DNA of 64,000 bases from Eledone cirrhosa. Taxonomy: Eukaryota. The notes beneath the pieces were generated by a model. That model worked only from the letters and a program-made list of their open reading frames with translations. It was not told where the DNA came from and did no database searches. The position numbers and the translations under genes were made by a program. The stretch is taken from assembly GCA_964016885.1 (NCBI GenBank), contig OZ024749.1, positions 1,116,001-1,180,000 of the forward strand, read 5' to 3'. Below are positions 25,393 to 38,341 of the stretch, piece after piece (within the stretch, counting starts at the first letter, position 1; every line of letters starts with the position of its first letter).

Positions 25393-25566
25393 CCCTTTAC
25401 CATTTACATTACTCTATATTCACTATTATATTTTCAGTATAAAGGCTTTATCTCACATTATTATTTCACATAACATCGAATCTATGAGATTTTGATATTT
25501 ATTTTGAGAACAATACCTTAACATCTGTATGAGTGGCTGGTTACAGCTGGTTTAAATTCTAAAGGG
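25393..25566. mobile_element. piggyBac-type MITE, opposite orientation, internally shortened
   Basis: TTAA|CCCTTTACCATTTA ... TAAATTCTAAAGGG|TTAA. Confidence 0.85.
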
Positions 25567-26320
25567 TTAAAATACAGATGAGGAAAACTAAAGGTAATAT
25601 TGATAAAGATACAACACACAATGTCCTAAACCACATGAAATCACAACTTTGTATTGGCGATCGAGTAACGTGAAAATAAGCGGATAGCGATCTCTAGACC
25701 TACCAGTTCAGAGAAACAATTGTCAGCAATGAGATTAAAAACCTTTTTTGTATAGCAAACCGTGTCACTCTTCTTTCCTGATTTATTATTACTCCAAGTG
25801 TTTACAACATAGGAATTACAGCGTACTCGCAGCATCACTATGGAACCGCCTTGTTGAGTCAAGCTTAGCCAAGCGTTGATATCATCCACTACCCGGAGTA
25901 CCATAACTGGACTACACCTAAGTGGACTGCATATAACAATTATTTGTTACCCCGTATATAGAAATATATAGAAATTCTTTTCTCGCTCACATTTCGCATG
26001 GCTTGGATGAGTCTGTCGTCTTCTCGTCAATGATTCACTAGATCTTATGTTCACATGTATCACTGACTTGTTTTCTCATTTTCCACTCTTTACGTTGCCT
26101 CACCATTCTTGTTTGTTTATATGTCTCTCTTTCTCCACCCAATTCTTTTTATCCCAATAACTTATTTTAGTTATTGCTCGTGCTGGCCTGAGGTATCTGA
26201 TCTTTAATGCGAAGAAATACCTATGATGGCCAGAAGATCACTGATGATGGATAGTCCTGGCTTCTTGCTGTATGCGATACATATGTATCACATTCGCAAC
26301 AACGCAGCACACCATTTTTC

Positions 26321-26356
<36 letters not shown>

Positions 26357-26510
26357 TATATATATATATGTACATATGTTTGTATGTGTACATATACACA
26401 CACACATGTCTGTATATATGTGTGTATGTGTACATATACAGACATATATGTGTGTATATGTACAGACATACATGTGTGTATGTGTACAGACATACATGTG
26501 TGTATGTGTA

Positions 26511-26775
26511 CAGTTGACTCCAGTATTCACAGGGGTTACCTTCCTAGACCACCCGCAAAGAGTAAAAAACTGCGAATATTGGACGTGATCCCCAAAATGC
26601 CTATAGTCAAAATATAATTAAAAAAAGGAGTCTTATGCGAAGGAGCGTCCAATAGGCCAGCAAATATGGTATGTTGTTAATAATTTTGCGTTAAAAAAAA
26701 TATATTGCTACGAAAAAGTCATAAAATATCGCGGAAGATATTTATGAATCCACAAATATGCGGTGGTTTCTACGA
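26511..26775. mobile_element. Tigger/pogo-like MITE, decayed
   Basis: ta|cagttgactccagtattcacaggggttaccttcctagaccacccgc resembles a Tigger-type terminus; the partial inverted end gaatccacaaatatgcggtgg is poorly preserved. Confidence 0.45.
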
Positions 26776-26942
26776 ACAACCAGGAATGTGAATGTTGGTG
26801 AGAGAGAGTGTGTGTGTGTGTGCGTGTGTGTGTGTGAAAACGATGTTGGTACAGATATATTTAGTTTTCTTCTTTTATCAGTAGTTTTGCTGTTGTCATT
26901 ATTGTTGTTGGCTCTCGTTGTCATTAGATTGGTTTTTGACAG

Positions 26943-27478
26943 TGGTAACCAGGATGTCTGTCTGTCTTACTCGGTACTTGGTAACCAGGATGTCTGTCTG
27001 TCTTACTCGGTACTTGGTAATCAGGATGTCTGTCTGTCTTACTCGGTACTTGGTAATCAGGATGTCTGTCTGTCTGTCTGTCTTACTCGGTAACCAGGAT
27101 GTCTGTCTATCTTACTCGGTACTTGGTAACCAGGATGTCTGTCTATCTTACTCGGTACTTGGTAACCAGGATGTCTGTCTGTCTTACTCGGTACTTGGTA
27201 ACCAGGATGTCTGTCTGTCTTACTCGGTACTTGGTAACCAGGATGTCCGTCTATCTTACTCGGTAACCAGGATGTCTGTCTATCTTACTCGGTAACCAGG
27301 ATGTCTGTCTGTCTGTCTTACTCAGTACTTGGTAACCAGGATGTCTGTCTGTCTGTCTTACTCAGTACTTGGTAACCAGGATGTCTGTCTGTCTGTCTTA
27401 CTCAGTACTTGGTAACCAGGATGTCTGTCTGTCTGTCTTACTTGGTAACCAGGATGTCTGTGTGTCTTACTCGGTACT
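26943..27478. repeat. 36-bp minisatellite (ggtaaccaggatgtctgtctgtcttactcggtactt) with variable (tgtc)n
   Basis: About 15 units. Confidence 0.95.
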
Positions 27479-27964
27479 TTAGCTGCCAATCAGTTATCTT
27501 TTATGGTTTTTTTTTTTTACATCAACTCCTATTCAGTTTATATTTATCAATAGTCAATATTGAAATCTATTGATACCCACTCCGTCTGCCTCAACCAATT
27601 ATTGTATACCAACCCCAGTACTTGACTGGTACTTTAATTTATTAGACCCAGATGAATGGAAGATTAAGTTAGACTCAGTGGAATTTGAACTCAAATCATA
27701 AAAAAGTCAGGACAAATGGCCACAAATGTCGAATTGTAAGAGTAAAATAGATTGATAATCTCTTAAATATAAACACTACCATACTCCTGCACATTGTTAA
27801 GGAGTTGAGAGGACTGTTCAGTGATGTCAAGGACATGACAACTTCCCTTGACCTGGTGTCATCATAAAATGCACCCAGTACACTCTAAAGTAAATGGCAA
27901 TAAGAACACTGAAAATGGAATGTGTTAAACCAGGACAGAAGATGGGATAAGTACTGATCTGGTC

Positions 27965-28280
27965 AACCTGGTCAAGCAAACATGGAAAGGTGGACATCAA
28001 ACTAACCTGGTCTACAACAAGCTGGTCAAGCCAACATGGAAAGGTGGACATCAAACTAACCTGGTCTACAACAAGCTGGTCAAGCCAACATGGAAAGGTG
28101 GACATAAAACTAACCTGGTCTACAACAAGCTGGTCAAGCCAACATGGAAAGGTGGACATAAAACTAACCTGGTCTACAACAAGCTGGTCAAGCCAACATG
28201 GAAAGGTGGACATCAAACTAACCTGGTCTACAACAAGCTGGTCAAGCCAACATGGAAAGGTGGACATCAAATGATGGTGA
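27965..28280 (+). repeat. 54-bp tandem repeat, about 5.5 copies, built from an RTE/SINE-type 3' tail
   Basis: Unit ggtcaagccaacatggaaaggtggacatcaaactaacctggtctacaacaagct. The last copy ends ...ggacatcaaatgatggtga, like the SINE tail. Confidence 0.9.
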
Positions 28281-29161
28281 CCATTGATTGAAGTTAATAA
28301 TACAATATTAAATCATAGTCAACTCTTTTCTTTCTTCTGTCTGCTGGTCTACCAATAATCTAAGTCGTGTAATACATTCCACCTATGCAGGTTTAGCTGG
28401 TCACGTAGGAGGTATCTCAAGTGTATTAACACTTTCACTACCATATTCCTGATTAAATACTTGATAGTTTAAGAATTCTGAGGGATTTACTAAAATTATT
28501 TCATTAAGATGGCATTTGTAACATAACAAAACATGTTGCAAGGTTTTAATTTAAATAGGAACCCTTTAAAATGGGTTGTTTTGATTTATAGAGACAGAAG
28601 TGGTTTAGGATGATATGAAAAGGGGTTAATGATAGGTGCCCCAGCACTATCATGAAAAGCAAAATGAAGCTCAATAACATGCTAGTCAGTCCAGGAATTG
28701 AACCTACCACCTTATGATCTGGAGTTCAACAACTTGGTCACCAAGCCATGAGTCTTCAATTCTAGTGTTTCCCCACCCTCGTAATTACATCAGCTATGTT
28801 TTATATCCATCTTTGTAGTAAAAGTAGATCAACAAGTTCCTTATTTCAGTATCATTACTCATGCAGAACTTCGGTCACTCTACCCCCACCACAACTGTCA
28901 GTTTGGATTAAGATAACTCTGCACCACATTTCCTGCCTATATCTATTACTTCCCCTCTATCTTTCTCCCATTAAAAAGCATGCTTTTCCTTTTCAATGGA
29001 GCTGTACATCTTTTCCAAAAGAAATACAATGGGAAAAACTTGCAGACAACTGAACCTACAAAACCTCAGTTGAAAATATATGCTACATTGTAAACAAAGG
29101 TGCAATTTTTATATATATATATATATCTATATATATATATATAGTGTGTGTGTGTGTATAT

Positions 29162-29591
29162 ATCATCATCATCACCATTTTACGTCCGTTTTTCCATGCT
29201 AGCATGGGTTAGACGGGTTGTCCTGTTGTGGGCAGAATCCGGTCGGCTGACCTTGTCTTCCTCATACGGGAACTGATTCTGGCTTGATTTCTACAGCTGG
29301 ATGCCCTTCCTAACACCAACCTCATTTATAGTGAGTGCTGGGTGCTTTTTTTCCATGGCGCCTACACGTCCACTTTACAGTATGGGCTGGGTGCTTTTTT
29401 GCTGTGGCACCTCCACGACCACTTTGCAGTAGAATGATAGGGACCCCAGTCCTATCATCTCATTTCTACAGCTGTGTAAACTGGAGCAATGTGAAATAAA
29501 GTGTCTTGCTCAAGGGAACAACACATCACTCGGTCCGAGAATTGAACTCACAACCTTTCAATGCTCTAACCACTAATCCATGCACCTTCAC
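29162..29591 (-). mobile_element. SINE family B variant with the alternative tail (ctaacccatgctagcatggaaaaacggacgtaaaatg)
   Basis: Head, core and body as in family B; tail as in the element at 8175-8561. Confidence 0.88.
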
Positions 29592-29652
29592 TATATATAT
29601 AGTAATTTTAAATAATACTCTTAAATAGTTTAACAACCTTTTTATTATCATA

Positions 29653-29945
29653 TCTATATATCTAAAACAGAGAATGTCTGTCTCTCTGTCTGTCCAATCA
29701 CTAAAACTCGAGAACCACCAAACCGATTGTTTTCAAACTTTACACATGTAATACTTATGGTCCTGTGAGTGCTTTGAGCAAAGAAATGTCAAATTTTCAA
29801 TGCCCTAGGGACCCCATTAGGCGATTTAGCGATCTCTCTCTCTCTCTTAGTCTTTCTCTTTTTAGATAGATACATAGATATAATGTTGCGCCCTTATAAT
29901 ATCTGTCTGTATGCCTGGCTGTCTGTATTACGACATTATGACGTA
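29653..29945 (+). mobile_element. Non-autonomous Helitron, 5' portion
   Basis: a|TCtatatatctaaaacagagaatgtctgtc..., homologous to 34295-34580 and to the reverse complement of 60735-61056. Confidence 0.8.
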
Positions 29946-29959
29946 GCTGTGTGTTTTTA

Positions 29960-30330
29960 GCCATCTCTTTCTTGGTCTTCCCCATCCTTTATTTTTATTC
30001 TGATCATGATCTAGCTATCTCATTCCATTTCTCTTAACAACATTCATCATTGATTCTATTCTTATTATTCCTCTCACCCAGTCACTTGCATCCTTCTTCA
30101 ACACATGACCTAGCCATCTCAATCAATTTATTCCCACAATGTTTATCATTGGCTCAATTCCCATGGTTCCTCTCACCTATTCACTCTCATCCTCCTTCAA
30201 CACATGACCTAGCCATCCCATTCAATTTCATTCCCAGGATTCATCACTGGCTCTATTCCCATCGTTTCCCTCATCCTCCTTCCACACATGACCTAGCCAT
30301 TTCATTCCAATTCTCTTCAGAACATTCATC
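29960..30330. repeat. Diverged ~100-bp tandem repeat (catgacctagccatc...), with an inverted relative at about 30940-31110
   Basis: acatgacctagccat recurs at about 30102, 30201 and 30285. Confidence 0.65.
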
Positions 30331-30359
30331 GTAATAGAATGTTCAGCTAGATTACTTAC

Positions 30360-30436
30360 ATCACTTGACTGTCCTCACCCATTATTTAGTTTAAAATGGC
30401 TGAAAGTCAATTTTATTAAAGTGTAATGCTGTCTGT
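30360..30436 (-). other. Candidate 77-nt exon with a possible start codon (MGEDSQV..., phase 2)
   Basis: Minus strand reads tttcttctgtgttgtcag|ACAG...aaataATGGGTGAGGACAGTCAAGTGAT|gtaagtaa. Splice signals only. Confidence 0.3.
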
Positions 30437-30619
30437 CTGACAACACAGAAGAAATATGAACAAATATTCTGTAGAGAACTTAGAAAAACCATTAAATTGG
30501 AGTTTATAATAAAGAGAGGTTAGCAGTTAATGTTTACTGTTGAAAATATTATTTAACTCTGAATATAAATTATGCAACATCAAGAAGAAAGTGGTAAATC
30601 AACAGTGAAGTTAAGTCTT

Positions 30620-30780
30620 GAGGGTCGGACACCATAACTTGAAACAGAGTTATGGCCCTTCACGTTCTGAGTTCAAATCCTGCTGAGGTTAACTTTGAGG
30701 TTAACGGAGGTCGATAAAATAAAGTACCAGTAATGCACTGGGGTAATTGCTGGCCTTGTGCCAAAAGTAGAAACAATTAT
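30620..30780 (+). mobile_element. SINE family A with a small internal rearrangement
   Basis: Family A head and 3' end; gaggttaac is duplicated in place of the central segment. Confidence 0.85.
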
Positions 30781-33382
30781 TTTAAATGAATCCAGTCTGC
30801 ACTGTAGTGTTTGGTATTAGGGTGGGTATTTATCTCTAGAGACCATGCCGAAATAGAATGTATGAGTAAGATGTCTTGTCTAGGATGTAACAACCTGTCA
30901 AACCCATGCTAGCATGGAAAATGGAGGTAGATTGGTGATGCTGAAAATAGCCAGTGGTAAATGTTGTGAAAAGAAATGGAATGAGATGGTTGAGTCATTT
31001 GTTGAGGTCAGATAAAAGTAAGTGGGTGAAAGGAGTGCCGAAAATAGAACCAGTGATAAATGTGAGAGACTGAGTGAGATAGTTGGGTTATATATAGAGG
31101 GAGGATGAATGTAATACAGAGATGAACCCTTTTAATACCAACTAGCACTGATTTTATCATACAACACTGCCAATTTGAAAGTGTTCATATTTATATTAAA
31201 ATTTTCCATCAAAATTTTATTGAAGACATTTTTTTCTTAAGTGATGTTCAGTTATTTCATTAAGTTCTTCAAAATTAACTGAAAACAGACAGTGTATTTC
31301 AATATCTGGTAACTAAAGGGCTAAAACAATTAGGATATTTCTAAGATTTATTCTTGGAATATTGCATCCAGTGTGTTCAGTGTATCTCGTTTAGAATAGG
31401 CACACAATATCCTTCTGTGTTGTAAGAGGCAACTAAAGGTGTTGACTGTAAAACAGGGCCTCAAAAAAGACCCCAGGATGGGTATGAAACATGTTAAGAG
31501 GTCTGAAAAACTAATCCCTGCTTTAGCAGGGAAACTGGCCTTAAAACACTTGTTATTATTTCTTAATAAGCAGATAAACAAAAAATAAAAATAAACAAAA
31601 GGAAAAAAATAACAATTAGGGGAGGGAGGGTCCCTAAGATTTATATAAAATATAGTGTTGTAGGTAAAGTGCCAAGTACACTTCTGTGAGTTAACATCTA
31701 AATCTATATTTGGCAACATTTTTAAGTCTTCTATAACTGAAGCATACTATAAATTACATAGGTCACTCATGACTCATTTGCCTGTCTGGAAGCAACACAC
31801 TATACTTGCACAAGACAAATTCTTTCTTTTTCTGTCTTGTTATCCAGTTTATAACACACACATCATATACACTGCACACTTCTAGAAGCTCTCTAACATT
31901 TAAAGCAGTTATCAATCAGCACCACTACTAACAGTGAAGGGCATGTGATCTAGTAGTTAGGGTGTTAGACTTATGATCATGGGTTTCATTCCTAGACAAC
32001 ACATTGTGTTCTTGAGCAAGACTCTAAATTTCACTTTACTTTACATGATAGGACTAAGGCCACCACACCCAAGAAACTTCCTATGAGGCCAAATAAACCT
32101 ACATAGGTGTGAGCTGTATATTTCATTTCATTACATTTCTACTACTAACAAATATATTGTTCAAGTGTTCACTCCAACATAGCTGTATACATATAAGTAT
32201 GTGTATACAACTATGTTGGAGTGAACAGTTTAATTCTATTTTCAGGCTGAGCCAGCCAACTGCTCCATATGCAAATGAGGCTTATAAGCCTGTGTACATA
32301 GGCACCAAAACTATGTTTTTGCCTACATTGGATTCCAACAGGGAGAGGGAGCGTTGTCTTGATAATGACCATCAGTCAGAAACATTCAACTGTTGGCAGT
32401 TGCTACTGCTGTAATCCACCTGGTGGCACTAGCCATCAGCTCCCAAAATTCATAGCTAAAAGGCTTTCAAATGTTTATTCATAAACATATTGTATATCGT
32501 TAGATATACAAATATACATACCTATAAATATATTATATTTTACCAAATTTTAAAATTATTAGAGAGAACTTGTTGCTCAAAATACATGATTAGAAAGGTG
32601 AGGTGTTCAATGTACAGACAGAAACTATCAACAGTGTCTTTGATCAAGGGATACATTTTAACCCTATTCATGCCAAACACCATAAAACCACTTCTGATTC
32701 TATGATACAAAGATGTTTATTTTAGAGCGTTTATTTTTATCTGGAAAAAAAAAAAAAAATTATAATTTTATGTAAGAACCTCTGTTAAGTCATGTTCCAA
32801 ACACCAGCTTAAAGGAGCAAGCCCAATGAGCGCAAAATGAGAGGGGTGGGATCCATATATTGATACATATATATACTCATATATGTCACACTTCCATTTT
32901 ACATACATTTATATTGTACCATATATTCTTATCTACTGGACCTACGAAACCTCAGTTAAGTCACACCTTCCTTTTACAAACCACATGTACAATATACCAT
33001 ATATTTTCAAATGAGGTTTTGTAAGCCCAGTAGATAAATCACAACCTGGCTTTTCATAGAAAAGTATTTAGATGAAGAATTAGCAGGATTATTAAGGCAT
33101 TGGATTAAAAATGCCTTGCTTTTTTTTTTTACTGGCGCTACGCTTTGAGTTCAAACCCTGCTGAGGTCAAATTTGCTTTTCATCCTTTCAGGGAGTTAAA
33201 AGAAAAAAAAATATCAGTTGAGGAATGGTGGTTGATATCTGATCTGTCTCTGTGCATTTTGGGTTCAAATGCCAGCTTCTCTTCCAGCCACCAGTTGCTA
33301 TCAGCAGATAGCATCAGGAATAGAGAGACCAATGGGAACATCTAATGATTGTCTTCTTCCTCTTTTTCCCTTTTATATACAA

Positions 33383-34259
33383 CTAGCAGTGGTACCTGGC
33401 GTTATATACAACTAACAGTGGTACCCGGGATAAGGTATTTTGGAACACGGGTCGCCAAAAGATCTAATCGTGCAAAAACTGCATGCCTGGACAATATGTA
33501 AATAAAAAAAAAAATCAAATATTCTGATGGCTGGATAATCTTTAGGATTTTCCTTGATGAAGCAGGAAAAATGCAGGTTTTCACCTAATGCAGGCCCTAG
33601 GAGATCAAGAAAATGAATTTTTTTTATGTGCATAATATGCCATGAAATATCTCCAAAAAGCCATAAAAAGTTGAAGAAATGAAGTTTTTCACCTAATGCA
33701 GGCCCATAAAAAAGTTGGATTTTCTTTGCTCACGGTATGAAGAGACTGACTAATACATAGTTACAATTTCAAAGAAATCAGTCTGACGTAACGCCTCAAA
33801 AAACCCCTAAAAAGCTTTAAAAACGCAGTTTTTCACCTAATGCGGGCCCTAGGAGATCAAAAAGTTGAAACATAAGTAATACACATGTAAAGTTTGAAAA
33901 AGATCGGTTGGGTACTTCTCGAGATTTAGGGATTCAAACTCAGACACACACACAGACAGACATCCTCAGGAAAGTGATGTAATGCAGACAGTCAGACATA
34001 CAGACATATTATAAGGGCGTGACGTTATATGTATGTATGTATCTATCTAAAAAGAGAAAGACTAAGAATTATAGAGAGAGATCGCTAAAACGCCTAATGT
34101 GGTCCCTAGGGCATTGAAAATTTTAAAGTTTTTTTGCTCAGAACACTTCCTGAAACATAAGTATTACATGTGTAAAGTTTGAAAACAGTCGGTTGGGTGG
34201 TTCTCGAGTTTTAGGGATTCAAACTCACACAGACAGACATCCTCAGTTTTATATATAGA
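33383..34259 (-). mobile_element. Non-autonomous Helitron with internal subrepeats
   Basis: On the minus strand it starts TC (34259) and ends CTAG|T (33383). It has three copies of ttttcacctaatgc.ggccc and a duplicated ~100-bp subterminal block (33870-33969 and 34155-34246). Confidence 0.75.
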
Positions 34260-34294
34260 CTAGCAGAAAACCACCCGGGGCGGTTTTCTGCTAG

Positions 34295-34580
34295 TCTATA
34301 TATCTAAAACAGAGAATGTCTGTCTGTCTGTCAGCTCACTAAAACTTGAGAACCATCCAACCGATTGTTTTCAAACTTTAGACATGTAATACTTATGGTC
34401 CTGTGAGTGTTTTGAGCAAAAATTATTTCAAATTTTCAATGCCCTAGAGACCGCATTAGGCGATTTAGCGTTCTCTCTATATAATTCTTAGTCTTTCTTT
34501 TAGATAGATACATAGATATAACGTTGCGCCCTTATAATATCTGTCTGTATGTCTGGCTGTCTGCATTACATCATTATGAC
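34295..34580 (+). mobile_element. Non-autonomous Helitron 5' portion, inverted relative to its neighbour
   Basis: ctag|TCtatatatctaaaacagagaatgtctgtc..., same family as 29653 and 60422-61056. The 3' end was not located. Confidence 0.8.
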
Positions 34581-34989
34581 GCGCTCAGCGCGATTCCCTC
34601 GACCTCAGTGACCAAAGTCAGTGGAGAGGGGAAGGTAATGTTTCTGTAGCACGTGTTTTAGTGTCTATTCACTCTCTCTCCCTCCCTCTCTCCCGCTATC
34701 CCCCTCTCGTAGTCTGTCTCTTTCTTTCACTCTCTCTCTACGCACGTGTTTCCACTGTCGGACAGACAGACAGAGAAATTGCTGGTCATATATATATATA
34801 AGTAGATAAGTCTATCCCCAACATGTAAATTCGTGCAGAGAACACCCATCCAACCCAAGCAAACATGGGAAAACAGACATAATGATAAGATAATGATAAG
34901 AGAAAAAATAATTTCCTGTAAATTTTCAGACATATGATATAGTGAAATGTCGAGAAATATAAAGCTTACTAAGTGAAGGAACATGGGTG

Positions 34990-35888
34990 GTTCTGGGTGA
35001 TTGGTGGGTTAACTATCATATATTACAGCACAGTTCTGGGTGATTGGTGGGTTAACTATCATATATTACAGCAGTTATGGGTGATTGGTGGGTTAACTAT
35101 CATATATTACAGCTCAGTTCTGGGTGATTGGTGGGTTAACTATCATATATTACAGCACAGTTCTGGGTGATTGGTGGGTTAACTATCATATATTACAGCA
35201 CAGTTCTGGGTGATTGGTGGGTTAACTATCATATATTACAGCACAGTTCTGGGTGATTGGTGGGTTAACTATCATATATTACAGCTCAGTTCTGGGTGAT
35301 TGGTGGGTTAACTATCATATATTACAGCACAGTTCTGGGTGATTGGTGGGTTAACTATCATATATTACAGCACAGTTCTGGGTGATTGGTGGGTTAACTA
35401 TCATATATTACAGCACAGTTCTGGGTGATTGGTGGGTTAACTATCATATATTACAGCACAGTTCTGGGTGATTGGTGGGTTAACTATCATATATTACAGC
35501 ACAGTTCTGGGTGATTGGTGGGTTAACTATCATATATTACAGCACAGTTCTGGGTGATTGGTGGGTTAACTATCATATATTACAGCACAGTTCTGGGTGA
35601 TTGGTGGGTTAACTATCATATATTACAGCACAGTTCTGGGTGATTGGTGGGTTAACTATCATATATTACAGCACAGTTATGGGTGATTGGTGGGTTAACT
35701 ATCATATATTACAGCACAGTTCTGGGTGATTGGTGGGTTAACTATCATATATTACAGCACAGTTCTGGGTGATTGGTGGGTTAACTATCATATATTACAG
35801 CACAGTTCTGGGCGATTGGTGGGTTAACTATCATATATTACAGCACAGTTATGGGCGATTGGTGGGTTAACTATCATATATTACAGCA
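34990..35888. repeat. 43-bp minisatellite (gttctgggtgattggtgggttaactatcatatattacagcaca), about 21 nearly identical copies
   Basis: Directly visible; period 43 (35161 to 35204). Confidence 0.98.
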
Positions 35889-36148
35889 GAGGTCCACCAT
35901 TGTTCAAATATGACAGGGAGGAAGCAGATAAAATTGTATTGTAGCTGCAATAATCATGTTAACCGATATTTAATAGAACAAAAGACCTTGTTTCCAAACA
36001 AGTGGAATAAGAATATAAAAACCGAGTGAAAACAGGAAGGCAGGAGTATAAGATGAGAGATGAGATATTTGACTTATTACAATTGTAATAAGAGGAAGTA
36101 TGTTACAAGACTAATAAGTTGATTACAATTGCTTCTTCAGAGAATATA

Positions 36149-37312
36149 TATACCATACTATGATGTACACCGTACTACACTATACCATACTATGGTGTAC
36201 ACTGTAGTACACTATACCATACTATGGTGTACACTGTAGTACACTATACCATACTATGGTGTACACTGTACTACACTATACCATACTATGGTGTACACCG
36301 TACTACACTATACCATACTATGGTGTACACCGTACTACACTATACCATACTATGGTGTACACCGTACTACACTATACCATACTATGGTGTACACCGTACT
36401 ACACTATACCATACTATGGTGTACACTGTACTACACTATACCATACTATGGTGTACACTGTACTACACTATACCATACTATGGTGTACACCGTACTACAC
36501 TATACCATACTATGGTGTACACCGTACTACACTATACCATACTATGGTGTACACCGTACTACACTATACCATACTATGGTGTACACTGTACTACACTATA
36601 CCATACTATGGTGTACACCGTACTACACTATACCATACTATGGTGTACACTGTAGTACACTATACCATACTATGATGTACACTGTACTACACTATACCAT
36701 ACTATGATGTACACCGTACTACACTATACCATACTACGATGTACACTGTACTACACTATACCATACTATGATGTACACTGTACTACACTATACCATACTA
36801 TGTTGTACACTGTACTACACTATACCATACTATGGTGAACACTGTACTACACTATGCCATACTATGATGTACATTGCACTACACTATACCATACTATGTT
36901 GTACACTGTACTACACTATACCATACTATGGTGTACACTGTACTACACTACGCCATACTATGATGTAAATTGCACTACACTACACCATACTATGGTGTAC
37001 ACTGTACTACGCTATACTATGGTGTACACTGTAGTACACTATGCCATACTATGATGTACATTGCACTACACTACACCATATCATACTATGGTGTACATTG
37101 TACTACACTATGCCATACTATGGTGTACACTGTACTACACTATACCATACTATGATGTACACTGTAGTACACTATACCATACTATGATGTACACTATACC
37201 ATACTATGGTGTACACTGTAGTACACTATACCATACTATGATGTACACTGTACTACACTATACCATACTGTGGTGTACACTGTACTACACTATACCATAC
37301 TATGGTGTACAC
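36149..37312. repeat. 32-bp minisatellite (tactacactataccatactatggtgtacac[c/t]g), about 36 copies, degenerating to the right
   Basis: Period 32; the unit contains the palindromes ccatactatgg and gtgtacac. Confidence 0.97.
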
Positions 37313-37407
37313 TCAGCTATATACTATGTATGCTATATAGTAGGTGAGAAACACATTCGACCACCCAGCCTGACAAAGTATGTAGAGCAACATATTGCAA
37401 AGGCAGA

Positions 37408-37584
37408 GACCTGGCCCCACCTGAGGTCTACAACATATACCTACATGTGGGTATGGTTTCCAGACTTGGCCCCACCTGAGGTCTACAACATATACCTACA
37501 TGTGGGTATGGTTTCCAGACTTGGCCCCACCTGAGGTCTACAACATACCTACATGTGTGTATGGTTTCCAGACTTGGCCCCACC
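37408..37584. repeat. 55-bp unit x3 (gacttggccccacctgaggtctacaacatatacctacatgtgggtatggtttcca)
   Basis: Period 55 (37463 to 37518). Confidence 0.92.
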
Positions 37585-37759
37585 ACTCAATACCAACAAT
37601 CCACTACCCAACAGTCGTAGTCATCTTCCACTTTGAAGAACAACACACATACTATATATACTATACACAATATATACTATGTTATATATTTCTAATGAAT
37701 ATGCTCTCTTCTACTCTATATGCTATACATTATATATCCTCTACTCTATGGTTTTTAGT

Positions 37760-38130
37760 ATGTATGTTATACACTAGGTATACTATACTATCATATGCTA
37801 TACACTAGGTATACTATACAATGATATATGTTATAAACTATGTACTATATACTATACAGTAGGTATACTGTACTATGATACATACTATACACTAGGTATA
37901 CTATACTATGATACATGTTATACACTATGTACTATACTATCATGCTATACACTAGGTATACTATACAATATATGTTATACACTATGTACTATATACTATA
38001 CACTAGGTATACTATACTATGATACATGTTATACACTATGTACTATACTATCACATGCTATACACTATGTACTATATACTATACACTAGGTATACTATAC
38101 TATGATATATGCTATACACTATACTATGCT
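37760..38130. repeat. Degenerate tatacactaggtatactatac-type satellite
   Basis: Recurring tatacacta(g/t)gta motifs. Confidence 0.8.
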
Positions 38131-38341
38131 AGAAAGAATGTAAGTCAACCTACTGACCAAGCAACTAACTAACCAATCAACCAATATATATATATTATAG
38201 ATCTCTGAAACAGAGGCAAAGCATTCCATCATGTCCTTTCAGCCTAACAACATTTTGTTTGGAAAACAAATTCAAGATTATTTATAAAGATTTCAGCTAA
38301 AAAAAACAATTATTTAAAATGTCAAAAGACAACAATTGGTT

